Source of the DNA: a virus
Lineage: Duplodnaviria; Caudoviricetes
IMG/VR virus record: IMGVR_UViG_3300025645_000079
Coordinates: 1-60,838 of that record
Reading direction: 5' to 3' (one strand)
Length of the DNA stretch: 60,838 bases
Both the position numbers and the translations under genes were made by a program. Position 1 is the stretch's first letter. Each line of letters opens with the position of its first letter. Below the pieces are notes generated by a model. That model had not been told where the DNA came from. It searched no databases and worked only from the letters and a program-made list of their open reading frames with translations. Below, in pieces: positions 9,197 through 18,600 of this stretch.

Positions 9197-10330
9197 ATGT
9201 CTGCTACTAACTTTGCCGCACTAGGCCCCGACCAGAAAAAAGTATGGTCACGTGACGTTTGGCATCAAGCTCGCGAAAAAATGTTTATCACTAAGTTCAT
9301 GGGAACTGGTGCTAACTCAATGATTCAACGTATTACTTCATTAACCAAAACAGAGAAAGGCGACGAAGCAATCGTTACTTTAGTCCCTGATTTGATCGGT
9401 GACGGTATTACTGGTGACAAAGTATTAACTGGGCACGAAGCCTCGTTGACCGCTCACCAAGAAAAACTCAAAGTCGATATGCTACGTAACGCTATCAAAA
9501 ACACTGGTAAGTTAAACGACCAGATGACTGTTGTTAACTTCCGTACCGAAGTTAAAGACAATCTTTCATATTGGTTATCAGACCGTATGGACCAAATGGC
9601 ATTCTTGACCTTAGCTGGTTTAAGTTTCGCACAGAACAACGATGGTTCAGCTCGTGCCAGCCAAGGTGCTGCTGCTTCTGAGTCAAACTTGTCTGACTTG
9701 GAGTTCAACTACGCTTCTGCTGCTACTTCTGAGCGTCACTTACGTGTTGTTTCTGACGGCACTCTAGAAACTGGCGACACCTCTGTGATGGTTGCTGCGG
9801 ATAAGATTGGCTATAAGCACATCGTCCGTTTATGCGCTACTGCTAAAACCCGTTACCTACGTGGTATACGCGGTAACGGCGGTTCTGAGGTTTTCCACTT
9901 GTTCTTACACCCTATGGCGCTTGCTACATTGAAATTAGATGCTGATTTCATTGCTAACGCTCGTCATGCTGGTGTTCGCGGTGATAGCAACACTTTGTTT
10001 GCTGGCGGCGACAGCTACATTGTAGATGGTCTCTACATTCACGAGTTCCGTCACGTACCTACTACAATGGGTGTATCCACTAAATGGGGTTCTGGCACTA
10101 ACGTTGAAGGCTGTACGGGCATCATGTGTGGTGCTCAAGCGATGGGCTTCATTGACTTGGATACTCCAGAGTGGGATGAGCGCGATCACTTCGATTACGG
10201 CAACAACTACGGTATTGCTTACGGCAAAATCTTCTCTATGAAGAAAATGCAGTTTAAAGACAACAAAGCGTCGCTTAACCGCAACGTGAAACAGGATTAC
10301 GGTGTCATTCGTATTGACACTGCAATCTAG
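9197..10330 (+). CDS. major capsid protein (N4 gp56/DUF4043-like)
   Basis: 'KKVWSRDVW', 'FMGTGANSMIQRITSLTK', 'CGAQAMG', 'FDYGN', 'DYGVI' motifs; highly biased codon use; start ATG 9197 after AAGGAA. Confidence 0.88.
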   Translation: MSATNFAALGPDQKKVWSRDVWHQAREKMFITKFMGTGANSMIQRITSLTKTEKGDEAIVTLVPDLIGDGITGDKVLTGHEASLTAHQEKLKVDMLRNAIKNTGKLNDQMTVVNFRTEVKDNLSYWLSDRMDQMAFLTLAGLSFAQNNDGSARASQGAAASESNLSDLEFNYASAATSERHLRVVSDGTLETGDTSVMVAADKIGYKHIVRLCATAKTRYLRGIRGNGGSEVFHLFLHPMALATLKLDADFIANARHAGVRGDSNTLFAGGDSYIVDGLYIHEFRHVPTTMGVSTKWGSGTNVEGCTGIMCGAQAMGFIDLDTPEWDERDHFDYGNNYGIAYGKIFSMKKMQFKDNKASLNRNVKQDYGVIRIDTAI

Positions 10331-10400
10331 GTAAAAGTTTGGGGGGAAGCTGCTAGGGATAGCAGTGACCCCGCATTTTAAACTTATTGGAACCCCCAAA

Positions 10401-10733
10401 ATGAAATTTAAGAATCACCAAAGAAACCCTATCCGCTTTACCTCTGAGCTTGGTGGACACTGCATGACATTCGCTGTAGGCGAGACTCGTGAAGTGGCCG
10501 AGCATATGGAAGAACTTGCACTGGCCAACGGCCTAGTTCCTCAGGAAGACTTCATTGAGGCTAAAGAAAGTCGTGAGGCGGAAGATGCAGCCTCTGACGA
10601 AAAAGAAGCTAAGTTGGCTAAACGCCGCACAGCTGATGCGGTAAAGCGTAAAGCAGAGACATTGAAAAAGGCTTCGGATCAGGCTGAGAAAGATCTAATC
10701 AAGCAAGATTACGACGTATCTAAATCAAAATAA
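10401..10733 (+). CDS. hypothetical virion-associated protein
   Basis: ORF after the capsid gene; ATG 10401 preferred to GTG 10365. Confidence 0.65.
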   Translation: MKFKNHQRNPIRFTSELGGHCMTFAVGETREVAEHMEELALANGLVPQEDFIEAKESREAEDAASDEKEAKLAKRRTADAVKRKAETLKKASDQAEKDLIKQDYDVSKSK

Positions 10734-10750
10734 ACATTAGGAATTAAAGC

Positions 10751-11419
10751 ATGTCATATACCGTAGGTGAAATCATAACTGACAAGGTTCGACTAATCCT
10801 GCGGGATATGGACGGCGGTGGTATCCAGTGGAAAGACGCTGAGTTAATTACTTGGTTTAATGAGGCGTGTGCTGAAGTATCCCGTGTTAGACCGGAGGCG
10901 ACCAGTAATACAGCTGATGTTCCCTTGATAGCGGGCGCAAAGCAGGGCATACCTACGGGTAACTCAAGGTTGCTTGAGGGTATCTGCAATATTATCGCGG
11001 GTGAGGAAGGTCGCATTATCCGAAGAGTTAGCCGCGCCACTATGGACAGCGAAGACCCAAACTGGATGGCGGGCACGGGCAGTACTACTGTTTTGCGCTA
11101 TATGCCTAGCCTTACTGACCCTCGCACTTTTTACGTGTATCCGCCTGCCTTAGTTGGCGCGGAGATACGAATAGTCAGCAGTGGTCCACCCACAAAAGTT
11201 ACTGCGCTAGAAGACGCATACCCACTACCCGATATGTACACAGCGGTTGTGACTAACTATATCCTGTTTCGTGCATTTTCTAAGCTTAGTGAAGAACCCT
11301 ATTTCAGACAAAAGTCTGATGATTTTTACGGCATGTACAAGAGTCAGATAGCGGACTCCTTGGCTAGTATGGAGCAGAACAACGCGGGCACTAGGGATAC
11401 GCCGGTAGGCGCAAAATAA
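10751..11419 (+). CDS. putative head-tail adaptor
   Basis: 'W.DAELITWFNEA...RP' and 'FYVYPP...YILFRAFSK' pattern typical of podovirus adaptors; synteny. Confidence 0.65.
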   Translation: MSYTVGEIITDKVRLILRDMDGGGIQWKDAELITWFNEACAEVSRVRPEATSNTADVPLIAGAKQGIPTGNSRLLEGICNIIAGEEGRIIRRVSRATMDSEDPNWMAGTGSTTVLRYMPSLTDPRTFYVYPPALVGAEIRIVSSGPPTKVTALEDAYPLPDMYTAVVTNYILFRAFSKLSEEPYFRQKSDDFYGMYKSQIADSLASMEQNNAGTRDTPVGAK

Positions 11420-12040
11420 ATGGCTACCGTAAGCGAATGGGTTGATCTTATACGACTTGATTGCCCGGAGCCACTAGACTCGACTATAGCCCGCCAAGTT
11501 GTGCAGGCTATACAGCGTTTCTTTAAAGAAACGGAAGCGTGGAAGTTGAAGGAGGTTATTCCTGTGGTTTCCGGCACTACTGAGTATTACTTGGGTTTGC
11601 CTAGTAATACTTATGTGCTTATGAACGATTACGCGTACCACACGGCGCAAGATGATACTCGCACAAAAATAGTAACTACCCTGCCAGAGCGGATGGAAAT
11701 ACAGGCGGGCAACCCTCAGTATATTTCGCACACTAGAGATAGCGTTTTGCTCGATGGCAGTGCTGGCGGCGGAACGCTGCTAGTGGGCGTCAAACTTCAG
11801 CCGATGCAGTCGATTACCGAAATCCCAGACGAATACGCGGACTCGTGGTTTACAGACATACAGAATGGCGCTATGGCTTTGCTACTACGTATTCCTGACA
11901 AGAGCTGGACAAACACAGAATCATCGGTGATGTACGAATCGATGTTTCGCGAGTCAATAGCCTCGGTCAAGCGTGAAGCCCGAAAAGACAGGTCACGTCC
12001 TAAACGTGCAGTTCGTTTCAATACGGGGTTCGCGTGGTAA
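11420..12040 (+). CDS. putative structural/tail adaptor protein
   Basis: Translationally coupled ORF in the structural operon ('FFKETEAW', 'LLRIPDKSWT'). Confidence 0.55.
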   Translation: MATVSEWVDLIRLDCPEPLDSTIARQVVQAIQRFFKETEAWKLKEVIPVVSGTTEYYLGLPSNTYVLMNDYAYHTAQDDTRTKIVTTLPERMEIQAGNPQYISHTRDSVLLDGSAGGGTLLVGVKLQPMQSITEIPDEYADSWFTDIQNGAMALLLRIPDKSWTNTESSVMYESMFRESIASVKREARKDRSRPKRAVRFNTGFAW

Positions 12041-12426
12041 CTGATCCTGTGGCGACCTCAGACATCGATCACGCCTACGAGCTAATAGAACCCTACTTGG
12101 CGCGTTTAACGTCGTGGGAGGGCACTCTGGAGCCGTGCGAGGTGTACAGGATACTTGAGAACGGCAGTGCGACTTTGCACTTGATAATGGGTGTAGGTTT
12201 TATGGTGTGCCAGTGGACACCGGGCGTATGCCACGTTCTTATCGCGGCCTCGTACGACCTGAAAGTGGATAGCCTGGCTAAGAGTGTTGACCTGTTTTCT
12301 GAGTACGTGCGCAAAACAGGCACACAAAAAATTACGTTCACCAGTCCTAGACCTGCTTGGTCGAAGTTATCTGCTGAATGTGGGTTCAAAGTTGAATCGG
12401 TTAATTACAGTAAGGTACTTTTATGA
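12034..12426 (+). CDS. hypothetical protein, possibly GNAT-like virion protein
   Basis: 130 aa; 'ITFTSPRPAW...GF' resembles small GNAT-like proteins that precede podovirus ejection genes. Confidence 0.45.
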   Translation: MVTDPVATSDIDHAYELIEPYLARLTSWEGTLEPCEVYRILENGSATLHLIMGVGFMVCQWTPGVCHVLIAASYDLKVDSLAKSVDLFSEYVRKTGTQKITFTSPRPAWSKLSAECGFKVESVNYSKVLL

Positions 12427-13016
12427 GCAGCCCAAGCAAGCCAGAAACGCCTAAGCACGAGAAGCTACAGGCGGCGCACGCCAGTAAAACGTTCAGTGAG
12501 GGCACAAAAGTCCGCGCTAATATGGGCGACAGCTACATGGCCGATATGCGTAAAAACAGCACAGGTTTGAAAGAATCTCGTGGAAGTGCGCAGAACGCCT
12601 ACGGGTCAAAGCAGGGACTAGTGGCTAGACGACGTGCGGGTAGCACGAACAACGTTTCTACCGACGGCAACATGCAGCAGGTGGCAAGCTCTATCGGCCA
12701 AGCAACGGGAGGGGGCAAAAACTACAGCTCTGCCCGAAATACTATTTCTAACGGAGTCTATTCTGCGGCTCGAACAGGCGGGATTATGTCCCAGCTAGGA
12801 CACAACAAAAGCATGACCGATTTCCAGCGAAGCAATGAGAAAAAACAAGCGGGCATGGATATCGCGGTAGCGGCGGGTCAGGCATATATGTATAGCGATA
12901 AGTCGGGCACAGCTAAGAAGTCCACTCCAGAGGCATCCGCAGCACAAGATATTTTTTCACAGCATGACACCACACAAATGAGTGTTGTCCAGCCATGGAC
13001 ACCGGGAGGTCAATAG
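12423..13016 (+). CDS. putative small internal virion (ejection) protein
   Basis: Rich in S/G/A/Q, low complexity; position. Confidence 0.55.
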   Translation: MSSPSKPETPKHEKLQAAHASKTFSEGTKVRANMGDSYMADMRKNSTGLKESRGSAQNAYGSKQGLVARRRAGSTNNVSTDGNMQQVASSIGQATGGGKNYSSARNTISNGVYSAARTGGIMSQLGHNKSMTDFQRSNEKKQAGMDIAVAAGQAYMYSDKSGTAKKSTPEASAAQDIFSQHDTTQMSVVQPWTPGGQ

Positions 13017-13017
13017 T

Positions 13018-13767
13018 ATGGAAAATTCAACCGAACCACAGGACATGAGTAGACACCGTACTACCCGTGAGAATATCACTGCGGGTAATAAATTTACTAA
13101 AACTGACAGCCAAAGTAGCGGCATGGGTCAGGGCAGAATGGGCAGAGGCATGGGGTTTACTGCTGGCTTCGAAGGCTCTGGCAATGTTAATAGCGGCGAG
13201 GACGACTACGAGGCAAACCTTACAAGCATGTACGCCCAGCAGCTTGAGAACTACGATAAGTTTACTCAGCCGCTAATAGATAACCTGATGAAGGACTCTA
13301 GCGGTACAGAGGTGATTGACCGCGCTCGGGAGAATGCGGGCAAGCTTGGCGTTAAAGCCACAGAAATGACAAATCGCCAGCAGAGCTACACTATGAATTC
13401 TCTTTTGCCCAGCCAAAGAGCAGCGCAGAAGTCTTCTATTGGATTGGGTGCAGCACGAGGTCAGACAGCCGCTATTACGCAAGGGCATATGCAGCAGCAG
13501 TCGGATAGACAAGCAGCGCGTGTGCAGTTAATGCAGATTTCAGAACAACTACAAACTACTGGCACGGCTTCTATGTCCCAAGCGGTATCACAAAAGAACC
13601 AACGCGATGCGGCGCACAAATCGGCCAAGAGCGGTTTTATGTCCCAAATCGGTGCCATTGCAGGCGGCGCTATTGGTTTTATGGCTGGCGGTCCAGCTGG
13701 CGGTCCAGCAGGAGCTGCGGCGGGTGCAGGTATTGGTGGCGGTGTTGGCGGAGCTTTAGGAGGATAG
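13018..13767 (+). CDS. putative ejection (pilot) protein with Gly/Ala-rich hydrophobic C-terminus
   Basis: C-terminal 'IGAIAGGAIGFMAGGPAGGPAGAAAGAGIGGG' glycine-zipper segment; ATG 13018 after GGAGG. Confidence 0.6.
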   Translation: MENSTEPQDMSRHRTTRENITAGNKFTKTDSQSSGMGQGRMGRGMGFTAGFEGSGNVNSGEDDYEANLTSMYAQQLENYDKFTQPLIDNLMKDSSGTEVIDRARENAGKLGVKATEMTNRQQSYTMNSLLPSQRAAQKSSIGLGAARGQTAAITQGHMQQQSDRQAARVQLMQISEQLQTTGTASMSQAVSQKNQRDAAHKSAKSGFMSQIGAIAGGAIGFMAGGPAGGPAGAAAGAGIGGGVGGALGG

Positions 13768-13768
13768 T

Positions 13769-15625
13769 ATGGCAGGTGGATACGGAATGAGAGATGGTTC
13801 GGCTATTATAAATGCCGTTCAGGGTTATGCGGATTCTAAAGAGCGCGAGAAGAATCGAATTGAAGACAACGCCATTCGGCTGGAAGAGAAAAACTACCGA
13901 CGCGGCATAGACCAGCGTAATTGGGATGTAGCTGAGGATGAGCGCGTTAGAATTTCCACTGAGCGAAAGAATGTTTCTGACACTAGTGGCGCGTACATGC
14001 AATCTGCTATTGACGGTTATGGTTCTGCCGCTGAAGTTGTAGCAAGGGGCGCATCGGGTGAGGGTGTTGGCACTCAGCCAGAGGTCGCCCCTAACGAAGA
14101 TGGATCTGTGGGCCTCAACATAACTACCAAAGATGGTCAAAAAAGGGCTATCACTGAAAATGCTAGTGACAATAAGAGCAAGCCCCTCAAGTTCGACCCT
14201 AATACCATTGAGGAAACTCAAGCAGCGGTGGAAAAGACGTACAGGTTTTACATGGATAATGGGGGTAAACCAGAGGAGGCTAACGCGTATGTTAGGGCTT
14301 CTATGTACACAGATCCAATGTCTGGACTTACGGTGCCTACTCCTGATGCTGAGACATTCCAGCGCCGACTTAAAGAGAATGGTATTGGTCTAAAAGATAA
14401 ACACATTCATGAGCCAAATATTCGTGGAACTGCGGCCAAGTTTGACGAGCGCGTTGGTGAAGTTGTTGGCGCTGGTGTAGATAAAATAAAAGATGCGCAC
14501 GCTGCATCCAATGCCAATGCTAAAGAACGAGGTATCCGAGCTGACAAGATAGTTGACGAAAAAGGTATTGTTGGGCTAACCAAACAGAACCTTAGCGATG
14601 ACGCTGAGTATATAAAGGGCGTTGGCAGTGATGTGTATAAATGGCTAAAAAGTGTCGATAAGGCTATTACAGAACCTATAGGCAAGAAGTTATTTGGCAA
14701 GGGATTTACTTATGGTGATGCGGGTAAGCCTACCACTGTGAAAGCCAGTACAGTTGGCAAAGATGAAAGCTTGCAGATCGGCCAGCAGCTAGCGGATAAA
14801 AACCAGAAAATAATTGATGATGGGGGCGAACCCCCAACTACATCTACTGAAACCACTAAAATGCTATCTACGTCTACAACGTATGACGGACAGGTTAATA
14901 ACATGGCTGTCGATGTAAAAGGGCGCAAGAAACAGGCCCAGTTATATATGGAGGCTGTGATTGCTCGCGCTCCGGGCTATGAGATTAATGGTGTCAAAAA
15001 TATCATGGAAACGGGTGACCCTCGATACAGTTCCAAGGACATGGCTGATTTAGCCCTCGATACCAAGGTCAAAGAGTCCACCATAGTTCGCAACATATCA
15101 AGTGCAAACGCTGCCATTGCTCGGGCTAACAAGAGTAATAAGCCAGAGGATTTGTACAAAGCGCATACTGAGGCGCGAAAGGTTATCACCCCCCTACTGG
15201 AAGGGCTTGCAGACAAGTTGGCTGGGGGTAAGAGTGAGTTCTCTAAGCCACTAAAAGGTAGGTTTTTACTGGGATATAATGACGTCATAACATCCAACGG
15301 TTTCGATCCTAATGAACTCACCAACCCAAAATTTATGAAAACGGTTACCGACGGTTTAGAGAAATTCTACTGGGATACTAAGGATGGGGATTACTCTGGA
15401 GCGAGCGCTGCGGCTTGGGTCAACACGGCAGCGGGCAAACTCAAGAGCCACACGGCCTTTCGTATTACCCAACTGTCTGCGTCTAGGCAAATAGGGGCGG
15501 CACCGCTGACGCGAGCGGTCAGTAATGAGATTGATATCCGTTCGGAGGAAAAAGGAAGTGAACTGACTGAGGCGGAGATTGACGAAATCTTTGAGGAGCT
15601 GGAAGGCTCCATTCAGGCCAAATAG
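13769..15625 (+). CDS. putative ejection protein, 618 aa
   Basis: Helical, charged, Cys-free; AGGAGG RBS; between the pilot-like and giant proteins. Confidence 0.55.
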   Translation: MAGGYGMRDGSAIINAVQGYADSKEREKNRIEDNAIRLEEKNYRRGIDQRNWDVAEDERVRISTERKNVSDTSGAYMQSAIDGYGSAAEVVARGASGEGVGTQPEVAPNEDGSVGLNITTKDGQKRAITENASDNKSKPLKFDPNTIEETQAAVEKTYRFYMDNGGKPEEANAYVRASMYTDPMSGLTVPTPDAETFQRRLKENGIGLKDKHIHEPNIRGTAAKFDERVGEVVGAGVDKIKDAHAASNANAKERGIRADKIVDEKGIVGLTKQNLSDDAEYIKGVGSDVYKWLKSVDKAITEPIGKKLFGKGFTYGDAGKPTTVKASTVGKDESLQIGQQLADKNQKIIDDGGEPPTTSTETTKMLSTSTTYDGQVNNMAVDVKGRKKQAQLYMEAVIARAPGYEINGVKNIMETGDPRYSSKDMADLALDTKVKESTIVRNISSANAAIARANKSNKPEDLYKAHTEARKVITPLLEGLADKLAGGKSEFSKPLKGRFLLGYNDVITSNGFDPNELTNPKFMKTVTDGLEKFYWDTKDGDYSGASAAAWVNTAAGKLKSHTAFRITQLSASRQIGAAPLTRAVSNEIDIRSEEKGSELTEAEIDEIFEELEGSIQAK

Positions 15626-15654
15626 CACAAAAATACTGCCAGAAAGTATTCACC

Positions 15655-15691
15655 TGTTATAATCCGATATAAGTAACTACTATATCGGATT
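15655..15691 (+). promoter_or_regulatory. extended -10 promoter plus inverted repeat upstream of the giant gene
   Basis: TGtTATAAT (15655-63); AATCCGATATA-agtaactac-TATATCGGATT. Confidence 0.55.
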
Positions 15692-15696
15692 TTTTC

Positions 15697-18600
15697 ATGC
15701 TAGACCCAAAAACTCTTTCACTTCTATCCCCCGCCGAACCCAAAGATGATGCGGCTACTTTTACCGATGGAGACAGCGGCTATTTTGGGTCGGATAAGAA
15801 GGACGGTTTCCGTATAAAGGGGATGAACACCCCAGAGTCAGAAAACAATTTTGATCGCGTGGATAAGCACCCAGATGGTAGGTTAGCCGCAGAAACTATT
15901 AAAATGCTCCAAGCTGAAGGTGCCCAAGTTATTCGTGGGAATAGTAAGGGCGAATATGGCAGGGGCTTGTCTGAGTTTGTCGACGCTGATGGCAATGACC
16001 TGACACAAGATATGGTTCGCTCCGGACTGGCCTTCCCTGATAGGAGCCGTGAAGCAGCAGAAGCTGCGTCCGACCGTAATGAACGAGAATTCTTGGGTAA
16101 ACCTACCACTTTTAACAAAACAATCCGTGAACAGGCCGAGAAACGACAAGGTGGGGAAAAATTCACCCCATGGAACGAGGGCGAGGCCAATGATGTAGCC
16201 CATGATAGGCGCGGCACATTCCACAAAGCGTTTGACAGGGGCACCGACCAAACTAAATCCGCTCTCGGTGGCGTGATGAACTACATTGGCGATCTAATCG
16301 GTAATGATGAATGGGTGGCCGATGGCAAGAGAATGACCCAAAAGGCCAACCTTAACTCCAAACTGAACCCCCGAGAAGTGGAGAATTTCAAAGAAATCAA
16401 AGATGTGGGCACTGCTTTTGACTACCTACTGGAAACTACGGGTGAACTTGCGCCAGGACTAATATTGGACGCTGTGGCAACTATCGGCACGGGTGGTCTT
16501 GCTCTTGGCGCAGTGGCCACGAGGCGTGTGGGTTCGGCAGTACTTGTTGGGGCTGCTAAACTTGCGGCTGAAAAGAGCATGAAAAAGGCCGTTAAGGTTG
16601 GGATGATCGCGGGGCCAACGGCTACTGGATTTTTGCAGTCACTAGGCGGCATGGAAAACACACTAGAAGAACGTGGCAGCGAGGTCAATACTGGAGCTGC
16701 GGCGCTTTCCGGCGTTGTCGGGGGTGCGGTCAACGTTATCCCATACGCACTTGTGGCTGGCGACATACTGAAGCAATCGGGTCTGGCTGACGACGTTGTT
16801 AAAAAGGTTGTCGAGGGCGTAGAACAAGCAGAAAAAAGTGGGTTCTTATCAAAGGCTGGCGGCAGACTTAAAGACATTACTAAAACTGCGGGCAAGGCTG
16901 GAGCGGGCGAACTGTTTACAGAAGTACCTCAGATGTACATTGATGAGCTTATTGCATCAAGTAACACAGATGGCAAATGGCAGCTTGAAACCACTGACGC
17001 AATTGATGGCGCATTGCGTGCGGTATTCGGTGGCGCTGCAATGGGCGGTACGGCAAGTATTGCGGCTAACACGGTGTCAATTGTTAACGAGTACAACCAA
17101 GCTAGATCGGAAGCTGCGGCTGACGAAGCTCCCGAAAATGATATACCTACTGCGCCAGAAGCTCCGCAGGATGGTGGAGGCGGGTCTCGACTCGACAGGA
17201 TGAATGCCGAGGCTGCGGGTAAGCAACAAGCTAGAAAGGCTACCGATGGAGAGCAGGCCGGTGATAAGTACTTTAAAGGCGATGGTGGCACCAAACAATC
17301 TAAAGACGCCAACCCTGATATAGCGATTGACCCAATTAGAGCGACCAGCTTGTATGAGTCAATCAACGACCCTAGTGCGAAAACTAGCTTAATGACGATG
17401 CATGATGTCCCAGAGCTGGCACCTGAACGCAGCTTCGAGATGCGTGAACTTCTTATAGAAGATGGTAAACCTGCCAGTCTGCAAACTGTTAGTAACCTTA
17501 TCGCCACGGGCGAAGTCACCCCAGCAGAGGTCGTGCAGTTTGCAGCATCAAGTTATGGCGGCGTTGAGACGGCAATCCATATGGACCAGTCTCCAGAGGC
17601 GGAGATGGAACGTCTGGACAAGGCCATTGAGACTACGGCACTCGACATACGCGCTAACCGCATGTACAGCGACGCGGTGCGCCCGGGTAAGCTTAGGATA
17701 TTACAGGAAGCACTCGCTGCAACGGACAGCAAATCAAAACGAAACATCTTTGATAGTGGTAGTTTTGACCTGAAGCACATGATCGAAACCGAGAAAGTTC
17801 AACGTTTCGATTGGCGTAGAACTTACGAAAGTTTTAGGGGCATGCGCAAGAAGTCTATTGAGACGGGTGTTGGAAAAGCGTCTGACTCTTTGAGCATAGC
17901 CACTAATAAGGCGCAGGAGTCAGGTAGATTCGATCTGCTTACCCCGGAAGCGCGCACAAAAGTCCAGGCACCGATTGCTACTAATAAAATAGCGGATTGG
18001 TACGCCGAGCAGGGTGTTGAGGGCGCTGCAGAACTTCAGCGACTCCAAGAGGTAGCAATGCCTACTGACCCTAAAAACGAGTTACCTGACGCGGAACATA
18101 AAAAAGCTTTGGACGTTTTTGAAAAAGCACTTACTAAGATGCGCAAAAAAGTCGATAACGCTGCGGTGCAGTCATACAGCGACGAGGCGAATGTTACCCG
18201 CGTACAAGATACTAAGAAAGATATACCACAGGAGCGTTCAGATAGGGCTAAGGAACAAAACAGTACGTTCTACAACATGCCTAAGTATAATGAAAAGAAA
18301 GAGGCTACGGGCACACAACTAGCCACCCTTAAACAATTGGCAGAGTCAGGACACAAACGAGCGTCTGAAATATACGCAACTGTTTCAGAGGTGTTTAAGC
18401 GTCGGGTCAATACGGCGGAAACTACTGGTATGCTCAAGGATTTGGTGGCCAAAACCAAACCAAGCAAAGAGACCGCGCTGGCGTACGCAGAGAAGGTAAA
18501 AAGCGTCCAGTCAGAGATTACCAAGTTAGAGGCGCTAGCTAAGTCCCAACTTGGCAGTATTGAGGCATTTAAATACAAAAATAAAGTTTCGAGGCTAACT

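Noticed and set aside
10328-10403. Stop read-through of the capsid TAG into the next ORF
   Set aside because: The downstream ORF is in a different frame and no slippery site was seen before the stop
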